Shown here piece by piece: positions 40,401-48,732 of a DNA stretch of 64,000 bases (the stretch's first letter is position 1; each line of letters begins with the position of its first letter). Location: positions 8,370,001 to 8,434,000 of the forward strand of contig OZ286476.1 of the NCBI GenBank assembly GCA_965644265.1. Reading direction: 5' to 3'. This DNA is from Glycera tridactyla (taxonomy: Eukaryota). Both the position numbers and the translations under genes were made by a program. The notes under the pieces were generated by a model that had not been told where the DNA came from, did not search any database, and saw only the letters and a program-made list of their open reading frames with translations.

Positions 40401-41340
40401 CAATCTTCATGAGGAGATACATCGTGAATGCAATAACAACAAAGGCAAGCATTCCAACAATGATTCCAATGATGTTAGTCATGGTTGTTCCCATCACTCC
40501 TGCTGAAGATGATGATATTCCAGGTAATTCAGGAAGTGTTGTAGGTACATTTGGCTCTTCAGGCGTAAATTGTCCAGTTGATGAGGTCGTTTGAGCTAGG
40601 TGAATGTCTTGTTCAGAGATGGTAGAAGTACCTTGGTCATCTGATACTGATTCAGGTGTCTCAATGAATGCTGATGATGACGGTGATTTGTCATTCGATA
40701 CTGCTGCTGATGGTGGAATAAGGGTTGAACCCGGCGAATGATGATCATTTGATGCAGGGTGAAGATTATCGAATGAGTGATAAGTGGGACTGGTATAAAC
40801 ATGATCTGTAGTCACCTCAATATCGGTGGTCACCTCATCACCGGTAGTCACGTCATCATCGGTAGTCAAATTATTATGGGTAGTTACCTGAATATCATCA
40901 GCTGATGTTGACATTCCAGGAGTGTGAGTGTATTCCTCGTAAATATAAGAGTAATCTGATGTGATGGAGCTAACCTGGTCATAGTTCAATGATGAAGCGA
41001 CAGATGGCGGTGATGAGGTTATTCCGTCTGCTGTCGACGATGACTTATTAGTCTGTCTATCGGCACCGATGTCCGAATATTTATCATCATCTTCTATCGG
41101 CGGAAGATCCTCACAGAACTTATAGTTCTTCCCCAGAACTGTCACGCACTCACACCACGGTTCATCCCAACATCGAGGCATTATTGATCCGGATTTCGCG
41201 TCTCCTGACAACATTCGATGTTTCACCGCGAGTGACCAATCTGGGCGTGATGCGTGAACCTGACGCGCATTGCTAAACAAATTCCCCTTTATTTCGATGT
41301 CAGAAAGTCGTAAATCGCATTGATAGGATTTCCAGATCAA
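37484..41340 (-). CDS. Multi-exon type I membrane glycoprotein (at least 931 aa); exons 41340-40401, 39903-39638, 39073-37484; first exon unresolved
   Basis: In-frame junctions G|GTAAGA (40400) to TTTTCAG (39904), phase 1, and AGG|GTGAGA (39637) to TTCCAG (39074), phase 0. Cys-containing N-domain, S/T mucin-like stalk, TM IIGIIVGMLAFVVIAFTMYLLM, long Ser/Pro-rich tail. Introns contain (TGAA/TGAT)n. Confidence 0.7.
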
Positions 41341-41540
41341 CTGAATGGTGTGGATCGCTTTACCTTATGTTAAACCACTTTGCTCACCCTTGGCACTCAG
41401 ATATGCACAAAATCCAAACTACTTCAGTGCATACCCTTCTGATAGCCAGTAGTATATAACATAACTATGGAGATCATGAATTTTTTTAAACATAAACAAA
41501 CAATTTTGTTCTGGTCAGTATACGTGACGTTTTATTTTTT

Positions 41541-41822
41541 TTCTAATAAATACATTCACAAGCATACAATTTTTTGCTAACTAAATTCATCTACGATATA
41601 TCTCTGCGAAGTCCATCTACAAGTAACACTTCATCAGAATACATTCACAAGATATACATACAGAAAAAATACAATATTTTTTTCTAATAAATACATTCAC
41701 AAGCATACAATTTTTTGCTAACTAAATTCATCTACAATATATCTCTGCTAAGTCCATTTACAAGTAATACTTCATCAGGATACATTCACAAGATATACAT
41801 ACAGAAAAAATACATTCACAAA
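41541..41822 (+). repeat. 141-bp direct tandem duplication (2 copies)
   Basis: TTCTAATAAATACATTCACAAGCATAC... starts at 41541 and 41682. Confidence 0.9.
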
Positions 41823-41893
41823 ATATACATTAATTGAAAAAAAGGGTTATCATGTATTTCTCATTCTTATTTTCATTCATCAGGTTAACCTTC

Positions 41894-42424
41894 TCATAGC
41901 AGACTGAGCACATAATTACAAAGGTCATATTCAGGGAAAGTCAACATCTCTTCAATGATATCACTGTCTTTTTTCCCTTCCAATAATTTCAACCCGTAAT
42001 AACAACAAATGAATCCACAGGTAGATGAATTGAAATGTTGTAATTTCAAAATGTTGAATGAATATAGAGCATTAATTGCATTCTTCATAATGAAAGACAT
42101 GATATGAACCCCATAGTGAGAAGGGGGTTTTCCCATGGGATCAAAGAAATATACATTTATTGGTAAGTTATCAGTCTTTACTGGCTTAGGTAGATGAATT
42201 AATACCCAATGTCTACCTGTATTAAAGTTACGTTCAGTGTTGATAACATACAAACTAGGTCTTTTTTTTACATAGACATGTGGAAGTTCATTGCTAGCAC
42301 AAACCTCCACACATTTAAATTTTTTCATACCATCATAATCACAAAGTATCTGCATGATATCACCAGACAGCATAACGTAATTATTCATGTTAGAGTTTTT
42401 ATGAAAGATTCTTTTTCTATCCAT
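41894..42424 (-). CDS. PRO: Adenain-like cysteine protease (maturation protease)
   Basis: YVINT...GRHWVLI (His), YFFDPMG (Asp), LQHFNSSTCGFIC (Gln, Cys); directly downstream of MCP. Confidence 0.95.
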   Translation of the reverse strand: MDRKRIFHKNSNMNNYVMLSGDIMQILCDYDGMKKFKCVEVCASNELPHVYVKKRPSLYVINTERNFNTGRHWVLIHLPKPVKTDNLPINVYFFDPMGKPPSHYGVHIMSFIMKNAINALYSFNILKLQHFNSSTCGFICCYYGLKLLEGKKDSDIIEEMLTFPEYDLCNYVLSLL

Positions 42425-43877
42425 CAACCTTTATATTTCGTGCAGAATCTACTCTCAATAGTGAATTGTAAGTGGCATATAGTATTACAGTAACTGATTC
42501 TGTAAGTTGAGATGCAAATTTAATATCAAGTTTACTTAATCCTATTGATTGAGGATTAACAAATGGCTCCCCTTGGACACCACCATCGAGATTGAACAGG
42601 TACATGCAGTATCCATTTTTATATTCACCTCTCATTATAGTTGTTATTTTCCTTGGCTTCCCTGTGGATGGAGGAGAAGAGAATGAATATAATGAATCAA
42701 ATGCCTCTAGAAATAGGTCATTATTATAATCTGGTTGAAAAGCTTGTGATGGCACACATGACCCATCAACTGTGAGGCAAAGATAGTTAAGATTGAAATT
42801 CTCAAAATTAAATGGGTTCCTATGGTAGGCTCCATTGAATGCCTCTGATGAGACAAAGGCAACTACTAGTCGTTTTGGTTGAGCTGTGAGAAACAAATTA
42901 TCTAATGGCCATTGAGACATTCCTGAGGGTATAGCTGCTGTCTTTATTTCTGTTCTTTCGAAAGGGTATAGAGCAGGTCCAGCTGATAATCCTGTATTGT
43001 GTCCTAGAAGCATGGCAGGTGAAGGTTTGATCATTGGTACCTTCAATGTAGCCTGCAATATCTCTACTTTGTATTCTCTAGGAGAAGAAGAAGAAGAAGA
43101 AGAAGAAGAAGGTGATGATGATGTATCATCTGTTTCTGTATCTGTGGTTCCTGTTGTTGCTGAGGATGAAGTAGAGGTGGAAGCAGTAGGTTGTGGTCTA
43201 ATCAGTCTGAATTCTTCTGAGTTCTGTGTGAGTTTCAATGTTAGCTGGACAGCATTGAGTAGTAAGCGTTCTTGTTTTGTTAGATCTAAATGAAGTTTAC
43301 CCATCAATTCTACCACATTAGAATTAGATGTGTATGCTCGACGTTGGAAAAAACCTGGATTCATAGTTGCATTTACTGAGGTTGTACTATCCATTCGCCC
43401 ACTTTCATCTTTAAAAAATAACCCCTCCTTGAGTTGACCATCGATATCACTCCAGTCACTTTCTAATAAAGTGTCCATTATACTTCTATATGCATATGCA
43501 GACCCTGAACTGTTTACAAGTTGTTGTTGTAAAAATAGATCGACTTGTTTGAACATAGATGCAACGGGATAGTTAACAAATCCAACAACCTCTGAAGCTG
43601 GAACATCAGTACCGTCGGTAGATGATATCTTAACCTTTAAGTATAAATTGATATTTTTTAAGTCAATATACATCAATGAATTAGGCATTATATTGAATTC
43701 TATTGGAGCTCCTTGTCTGATTTGAGCAATAGGTGAAAAGTTCATGATAATAGTCTTTTCTCTCGAAATGTCCCGTGGTGGTAATGTAAATAGTTCCCAT
43801 TCTGTGGTATATCCATATCTTGTGTCGACACCTGGAGGTGTTTCATCACCGGCAGCACCCGTAGTTTCCATCTCCAT
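42417..43877 (-). CDS. MCP: Major capsid protein, double jelly-roll (Polinton PY), 486 aa
   Basis: LFTLPP, APIEFNI, YIDLKNINLYLKVKI, NYPVASMFKQVDL, YAYRSIMDTLL, PKRLVVAFV, AFNGAYHRNPFNF are Polinton PY-family patterns; size and position fit. Confidence 0.92.
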   Translation of the reverse strand: MEMETTGAAGDETPPGVDTRYGYTTEWELFTLPPRDISREKTIIMNFSPIAQIRQGAPIEFNIMPNSLMYIDLKNINLYLKVKISSTDGTDVPASEVVGFVNYPVASMFKQVDLFLQQQLVNSSGSAYAYRSIMDTLLESDWSDIDGQLKEGLFFKDESGRMDSTTSVNATMNPGFFQRRAYTSNSNVVELMGKLHLDLTKQERLLLNAVQLTLKLTQNSEEFRLIRPQPTASTSTSSSATTGTTDTETDDTSSSPSSSSSSSSSPREYKVEILQATLKVPMIKPSPAMLLGHNTGLSAGPALYPFERTEIKTAAIPSGMSQWPLDNLFLTAQPKRLVVAFVSSEAFNGAYHRNPFNFENFNLNYLCLTVDGSCVPSQAFQPDYNNDLFLEAFDSLYSFSSPPSTGKPRKITTIMRGEYKNGYCMYLFNLDGGVQGEPFVNPQSIGLSKLDIKFASQLTESVTVILYATYNSLLRVDSARNIKVDG

Positions 43878-43888
43878 GATAATATGAG

Positions 43889-44272
43889 TTAGAATACTGG
43901 TTTACGTCCTTTTCGCGATGAGGAACTGTGTTTTTTCTTCCCACGTTTAACCTTGAATGTTTTTCTCTTCTTTGTAATTCCTGAAGGTCTCACTCTCCGA
44001 GTAGGTCGTTTTCGCCTTCGTGATTTGCGAGATTTACGTCCTCTCCTATGTCCGACTCCAACAATGTCTGCTGCTTGTTCAACAGCGGCCATGGCTGGGG
44101 AAATTGAAACAATCTCTCCTGGTTTGGCTGATGATGATGATGATGATGAATGATGTTTTCCACCTATCTTTCCAACAATTGTAAATCCAGAGGAATATGG
44201 TATATGTCCTTTTGATTGAGCATCAAAATGACGCTCAAATTGACCTACTTGTCCTTGACTCCAGGAGGCCAT
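43889..44272 (-). CDS. Small Arg/Lys-rich basic protein, putative DNA-condensing core protein (127 aa)
   Basis: C-terminal half RRGRKSRKSRRRKRPTRRVRPSGITKKRKTFKVKRGKKK; lies between mCP and MCP. Confidence 0.65.
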   Translation of the reverse strand: MASWSQGQVGQFERHFDAQSKGHIPYSSGFTIVGKIGGKHHSSSSSSSAKPGEIVSISPAMAAVEQAADIVGVGHRRGRKSRKSRRRKRPTRRVRPSGITKKRKTFKVKRGKKKHSSSSRKGRKPVF

Positions 44273-44715
44273 GATTTACTAGAGAACCTTAGTATAGCAA
44301 GGGATTTGCTGCTCAAAAAATCACAATGTCTCAATGTGTTATCAACAATTTGAACTCTTATTCTAGTAATGGATTTTCTATCCACGATTACTCCACCCTC
44401 TCCTATGGGTGATAGCAGAATAGATTGGTTCTTCTTTTTTTTATTTAAGAAGCATGATGCACATATTTTTTGCTCAGTTTCACTTATTATTGATGGGCGT
44501 ATACAATCAACAATGATATGAACACATGGTGGTAAATTGTCATTACTTCTTATGGTAGTAATGACTCCTTCAACAGCACAATACCATTGACCAGGTAAAG
44601 ATAATGTATAAGGTAATTCCACAGTGAAATCATGAGGAGTGTTATTTGGATGAATATTGGCACTGTCATCACTTGATATATGAACTGTGAAGCTAAGTTC
44701 ATTTGATTGAGTCAT
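44245..44715 (-). CDS. mCP: Minor capsid (penton, single jelly-roll; Polinton PX), ~156 aa from ATG 44715
   Basis: SFTVHISSDDSANIHPNNTPHDFTVELPYTLSLPGQWYCAV matches the PX N-terminal pattern (F...L.S......P.N....F...LP..L.L.G.W.V); ends ITRIRVQIVD...SKSLAILRF. Confidence 0.8.
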   Translation of the reverse strand: MTQSNELSFTVHISSDDSANIHPNNTPHDFTVELPYTLSLPGQWYCAVEGVITTIRSNDNLPPCVHIIVDCIRPSIISETEQKICASCFLNKKKKNQSILLSPIGEGGVIVDRKSITRIRVQIVDNTLRHCDFLSSKSLAILRFSSKSWPPGVKDK

Positions 44716-44734
44716 TTTTTTTCTGTGCAGGTGG

Positions 44735-46003
44735 TTATTTTTTTTTACTTGGAAATACATCCGATTTCGGAATCCATTGGTTGAATTTAGCTGGAAACCC
44801 AACAAAGCTTACAAGATATTCTTCCTTATTTTTTCCATTAGGTTGAGAGATAGATCTTTTTTTAATGATTTTATTTATGTCATATAGCTTATGTTGTTTT
44901 GGCTCGGCTACTTTTTGCAGTTCTGCTGCATAGAAAGTGCCAATCAATATCTCGTCTTTTGCATCTCGTATCTTGTAAACCTGAATGCCTTCCCTGAATC
45001 TTCTTGAATCAATATAAAGTATTTCTTTACTCCATCTTTCAGTATATTCTCTGTCCAACTTGGCAGGTACCTTGCTGATTCTGACAGGAGTTCCTATGGG
45101 AAACTTGAATTTGCGCCTTTTGCGTTCTCTTCGTTTCCTTTCATCTTTCTCTCTTAATTGATTTTCCAGAAGTTGATCCTCATTCAGATCAGGAACATTC
45201 ATAGTTTCTTTGTCTGTCTGTGCATGCTTATGTGAATTAGGAGGAGATGAATTATTTCTATCACTGTCCTTCGTTCGTTTTTGTCTACTTAAGAGTTGAT
45301 TATATTCAATTAGGATTGGGTTTTCTTGGATAGCTTGATTGGGAGACATATTGAGTGATGAATGATGGGTGTTATTATACCCCTCCACAAGATCTTGTAA
45401 GACATCAATATATTTTGATGTCTTATTATCCTGCATGTATTTCATCATCCTTTTTTTCAAACTTTTCCAACATCTTTCAATAAAAGCTGCCTGACTAAGA
45501 TTGGAGGTGAATGTCTGTCCTATATGTCGGTTTTTTAAAAACTCAGATACATTGTAATTGGTAAATTCACTTCCACGATCAGTCCTGATAGTTCTGGGTT
45601 TTTCACCCATTGAATTGAATATATCTTTGAGAGCTGATATTATTTCCCTGCCTGATTTTGTTTTCAAAGGTCTTATCCATAACTTTCTTGAAAATGTGTC
45701 TATAGCTCCAAGAAGGTATCTAATTTGATTGTTATATTTCATATATTTATGGAGGTCAGCTAGATCACATTCAAGCATTCGTGATGATGCCGATACCTCT
45801 ATATGATTAGTTTTGAACTTTCGTCTCACTTCTTTGTTAAGGGTGTATGTATCTTCACTTGACAAAAATTGTTTGATCTGAGGTAGACTTATGTTGAACT
45901 TCCCTTCATTTTGAACTGTGTGAAACAATTTTTCAGCTGACTGATAACTCCCACCTTTTCTCAAATTTCTATACAGATTTCGTAGATATCTTTGCCATCT
46001 CAT
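44735..46003 (-). CDS. INT: Retroviral-like DDE integrase with C-terminal chromodomain, 422 aa
   Basis: LECDLAD, IRTDRGSEF, FIERCWKSLK (D-33-E); chromodomain YDINKII...EYLVSFVGFPAKFNQWIP. Confidence 0.96.
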   Translation of the reverse strand: MRWQRYLRNLYRNLRKGGSYQSAEKLFHTVQNEGKFNISLPQIKQFLSSEDTYTLNKEVRRKFKTNHIEVSASSRMLECDLADLHKYMKYNNQIRYLLGAIDTFSRKLWIRPLKTKSGREIISALKDIFNSMGEKPRTIRTDRGSEFTNYNVSEFLKNRHIGQTFTSNLSQAAFIERCWKSLKKRMMKYMQDNKTSKYIDVLQDLVEGYNNTHHSSLNMSPNQAIQENPILIEYNQLLSRQKRTKDSDRNNSSPPNSHKHAQTDKETMNVPDLNEDQLLENQLREKDERKRRERKRRKFKFPIGTPVRISKVPAKLDREYTERWSKEILYIDSRRFREGIQVYKIRDAKDEILIGTFYAAELQKVAEPKQHKLYDINKIIKKRSISQPNGKNKEEYLVSFVGFPAKFNQWIPKSDVFPSKKK

Positions 46004-46452
46004 TTTTTTTCTCCCCCAACAATATCACGTGATAATCCAACAACAGTATTTTTATGGTTAGCTCTTATTTTGGGAGAAGGAAGAATATAACCCAGGCTAG
46101 CTGATAAAAGAGAGACCCAAACTGTTGTATGCTCAGATCCTATGCTCAAATTCAGTATACATGCAATACAAATGATATAAATCAATATGGCTTGAGCATA
46201 GAATGATTCTTTTGAAAAAACCTTGTTCTTTATGCATAATCCTGGGACATTGCTCTCATCTGTGCGTGTACTTTGTCTAGAAGGTATAACTGGATGAAAC
46301 GAGTCCTGTTCAATTCCAGTATCTGAATTAGGTCTACTTTCTGACCCCCTTCCTATCACTCCTATGTGAGGGTCTTCATGGAACGGTGACGTCCCAAGTG
46401 ATAAGCTAAAAGGTCTAGTGGAAGAAGTATGTTCCACAGTAACCCCATCCAT
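46000..46452 (-). CDS. Small membrane protein with hydrophobic hairpin (150 aa)
   Basis: FYAQAILIYIICIACILNLSIG...VWVSLLSASLGYILPSPK: two hydrophobic segments; resembles a small protein I recall from invertebrate Polintons; its stop overlaps the INT ATG. Confidence 0.6.
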   Translation of the reverse strand: MDGVTVEHTSSTRPFSLSLGTSPFHEDPHIGVIGRGSESRPNSDTGIEQDSFHPVIPSRQSTRTDESNVPGLCIKNKVFSKESFYAQAILIYIICIACILNLSIGSEHTTVWVSLLSASLGYILPSPKIRANHKNTVVGLSRDIVGGEKK

Positions 46453-46552
46453 TGTGGTTTGGATGGAAATATAATCATTGAAAAAACCTTACTGATTATT
46501 TTATTCTATATTTGGACATGCTCTTTCCTATGAATTCATCAACATCATGTAA

Positions 46553-47197
46553 TTAACTCATGTAACACAGTATGTTCAGCTCTGTTAAAAGAGAAGAAAT
46601 AATATTTAAATATTTGAGACTATCTTTGAGACCTGTGATAACAATACTTCCAGATCTAAATATCAGAAAGGAAACTGACCCTTTCTTCACTGGTATAGCC
46701 TGTAAAATTTCTGGTTCATATTGAGCCTGAAACATTGAAATAATATTATTAAAACAATCTGCTGATAGCTTAGGGAACTTGACCACAGCAGATATAGCTT
46801 GAACTGAAATCCTATTTAGCATTACAAGTATACCCTTCCTTTGAAGGAGGCGACAAAATTTCCTAACATTCAGCCTTCCTTCTTCAATTGTCCTGTTACC
46901 ATTAACTGATATATATCCTGATTGGAAAATCAAAGCAGTAGGTCTTCCTTTACCTATAGATTGATGTCTCAGTATAGCACAATTCATTCTTCTTGGATTA
47001 TATTCAATATTCACAAAAACCCTTGTGATATGCTTGATGTCTATCGTACACCCTACCCTTGTAGCACATAAAACATTTGTACAGCATACCTCAAGGTCAG
47101 AGTTCAATCCACAGCTTACGAAGCTTTTTCCTTCGTTCTTGAAGTCCATCCATCTTTTTCTTGGTGATGCTTCTTCGTCTCTTGGTGACATTACCAT
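46553..47197 (-). CDS. TBP: TATA-binding-protein (TBP) homologue, divergent, intronless (~214 aa from ATG 47197)
   Basis: Both TBP repeats are recognisable: NVLCATRVGCTIDIKHI..NIEYNPRRMNCAILR..TALIFQSGYISVNG..EEGRLNVRKFCRLLQRKG and AQYEPEILQAI..SFLIFRSGSIVITGLK; compare TBP NIVSTVNLGCKLDL..NAEYNPKRFAAVIMR..TALIFSSGKMVCTG..YEPELFPGL..LLIFVSGKVVLTGAK. Confidence 0.92.
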   Translation of the reverse strand: MVMSPRDEEASPRKRWMDFKNEGKSFVSCGLNSDLEVCCTNVLCATRVGCTIDIKHITRVFVNIEYNPRRMNCAILRHQSIGKGRPTALIFQSGYISVNGNRTIEEGRLNVRKFCRLLQRKGILVMLNRISVQAISAVVKFPKLSADCFNNIISMFQAQYEPEILQAIPVKKGSVSFLIFRSGSIVITGLKDSLKYLNIISSLLTELNILCYMS

Positions 47198-47522
47198 CAG
47201 TATTCTTGGAATCAGGTAAGACTTTATGATTGATGGTAGAGGTATCGTTTGGTTTCTGAAGATCTGATGACTCAGTTGTAATAGTATTATCACTATTGTC
47301 CATGTATCTATGATCATGAGAGCTTGGTGAAGACTCAGGCTCAGGTTTTAAATCTTGTTGCATGTGTTCACTGTCTGGCTGCTCTGCATCATGTGATTTG
47401 TTTGATGGCTGATGGGAGTCATATAAACCAGCACTATCAACAAGACTGTCATCCATCATTTCGCTATTCAGAAAGCCTTCAAGCTTTCCTGATGGTACAA
47501 GGAAATACTCCTTGATTTTCAT
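47097..47522 (-). CDS. Hypothetical protein (~141 aa), possibly a reduced PZ-like protein
   Basis: ATG 47522 overlaps the upstream stop (ATGA); starts MKIKEYFLVP and ends RKLWIEL, with a disordered middle. Confidence 0.5.
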   Translation of the reverse strand: MKIKEYFLVPSGKLEGFLNSEMMDDSLVDSAGLYDSHQPSNKSHDAEQPDSEHMQQDLKPEPESSPSSHDHRYMDNSDNTITTESSDLQKPNDTSTINHKVLPDSKNTDGNVTKRRRSITKKKMDGLQERRKKLRKLWIEL

Positions 47523-47887
47523 ATCCTTCTTTTTGGTTTGCTTTGAATCTTCCATATTAATTGATCTATGTTCTTGAATATTAACTTAACAAACTGTATA
47601 GTTTCAGGAATATGGCTAAGGATAATTTGTTTCTTGATTTGAGGACCGGTATTTTCTTCAGTAAGAGAAAGCAAGAAGTTCTTAATTTCCTTCAGTTGAT
47701 CGCGTTTTGCTTGAGAAAGTCCAAAACTACCATAAAAAACATTAACTCCTACAGCACCTATAGCTTTAGCCTGATCTAAAGACATGCGCTCCAGCAGTTT
47801 TTTTTGCAGGTGCAATTCTGCAGGAGCATTATTCAAGGCAAAAAAAAATGGTCTCTGATGCCTAACAAGATCATAAGTTGAAGACAT
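47519..47887 (-). CDS. Small helical Polinton protein following the ATPase (122 aa)
   Basis: AKAIGAVGVNVFYGSFGLSQAKRDQLKEIKNFLLSL resembles the small ORF commonly downstream of Polinton ATPases; the resemblance is from memory. Confidence 0.55.
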   Translation of the reverse strand: MSSTYDLVRHQRPFFFALNNAPAELHLQKKLLERMSLDQAKAIGAVGVNVFYGSFGLSQAKRDQLKEIKNFLLSLTEENTGPQIKKQIILSHIPETIQFVKLIFKNIDQLIWKIQSKPKRRI

Positions 47888-48021
47888 AATAAACCATTCT
47901 ATCCTTAATCTAAATGAGGATTGCTAACTGTCTATATATGTCCTTGACTCTATTCCTATGTCACTGACTACTATGTACTCTATGTCACTGACTACTATGT
48001 ACTCCTATGACTGCTAATGTC

Positions 48022-48732
48022 TCATCCTAAGGAATAGAATTTCATAATTTCCATCGGAAATATATCAGTTCTAAGTCTTACTTCATCTGGGACATTAGCT
48101 GTCATATCAATTACCAAATACCCAAAAGGTCTATTTTTTATAGCTTTTTGATATGCCTGTACAACCAAATCTTTCTTACCGGGAAACATTTGCCTACTCA
48201 ATGTGGTTATTTGGTCAGCACCCCTTGCATTTTCAAACAGACAAATATAAGATGCATTCAATGTAATTGACCTGCTGAATTTTCCCTGTTGGTACAAATT
48301 GTGAGACACGTAGAGTACTGAAGTACCCATGTGATGAGCTTTGACAGTGAAAAAGTCAAAGATCAATTCAGATGATACAACCTCTCTCATTAAATCATCA
48401 ACTACCAGTATCAAATGGGTTTTAGCAGGGGAAACTAGTTCGTCAAGGAGGTCATCAGTGGGGAGTCCATGATTGAAAACTATATTAGGGAAGGATTTTC
48501 GCATCCTTTTGAATAATGGTTGATCTGCAGAATAGCAGTACAATATGGAGATATCCCTATTCATTCTGTTTTCGAACATGGATTGAGCGAAATATAACAA
48601 GTTGTAGATGAAAGTGGTTTTTCCACTCCCTGACCTACCACAAATTATGAAGCTGGAATTCTCCTTGAAAAGTATCCTACCAGTATTGTTGACACCAGAG
48701 GAAGCCCTTGCTTTGATTGGTAACTCAGTCAT
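48022..48732 (-). CDS. ATP: A32/FtsK-like genome packaging ATPase, 236 aa
   Basis: Walker A GRSGSGKT, Walker B LILVVDD, FTVKAHH, SRSITLNASYICLF, PFGYLVID, RLRTDIFP. Confidence 0.96.
   Translation of the reverse strand: MTELPIKARASSGVNNTGRILFKENSSFIICGRSGSGKTTFIYNLLYFAQSMFENRMNRDISILYCYSADQPLFKRMRKSFPNIVFNHGLPTDDLLDELVSPAKTHLILVVDDLMREVVSSELIFDFFTVKAHHMGTSVLYVSHNLYQQGKFSRSITLNASYICLFENARGADQITTLSRQMFPGKKDLVVQAYQKAIKNRPFGYLVIDMTANVPDEVRLRTDIFPMEIMKFYSLG

Noticed and set aside
41341-41500. Signal-peptide first exon for the glycoprotein
   Set aside because: Candidate donors give too-short introns, wrong phases or in-frame stops; left unresolved.
41541-41822. Duplication unit length equals TIR length (141 bp)
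   Set aside because: No sequence similarity to the TIR; treated as coincidence.
46553-47317. TBP as a host gene or retrocopy, and the track's start at 47317
   Set aside because: It lies inside the TIRs, overlaps viral ORFs and is far more divergent than metazoan TBPs; the first 40 codons overlap another ORF, so Met 47197/47191 is the likelier start.
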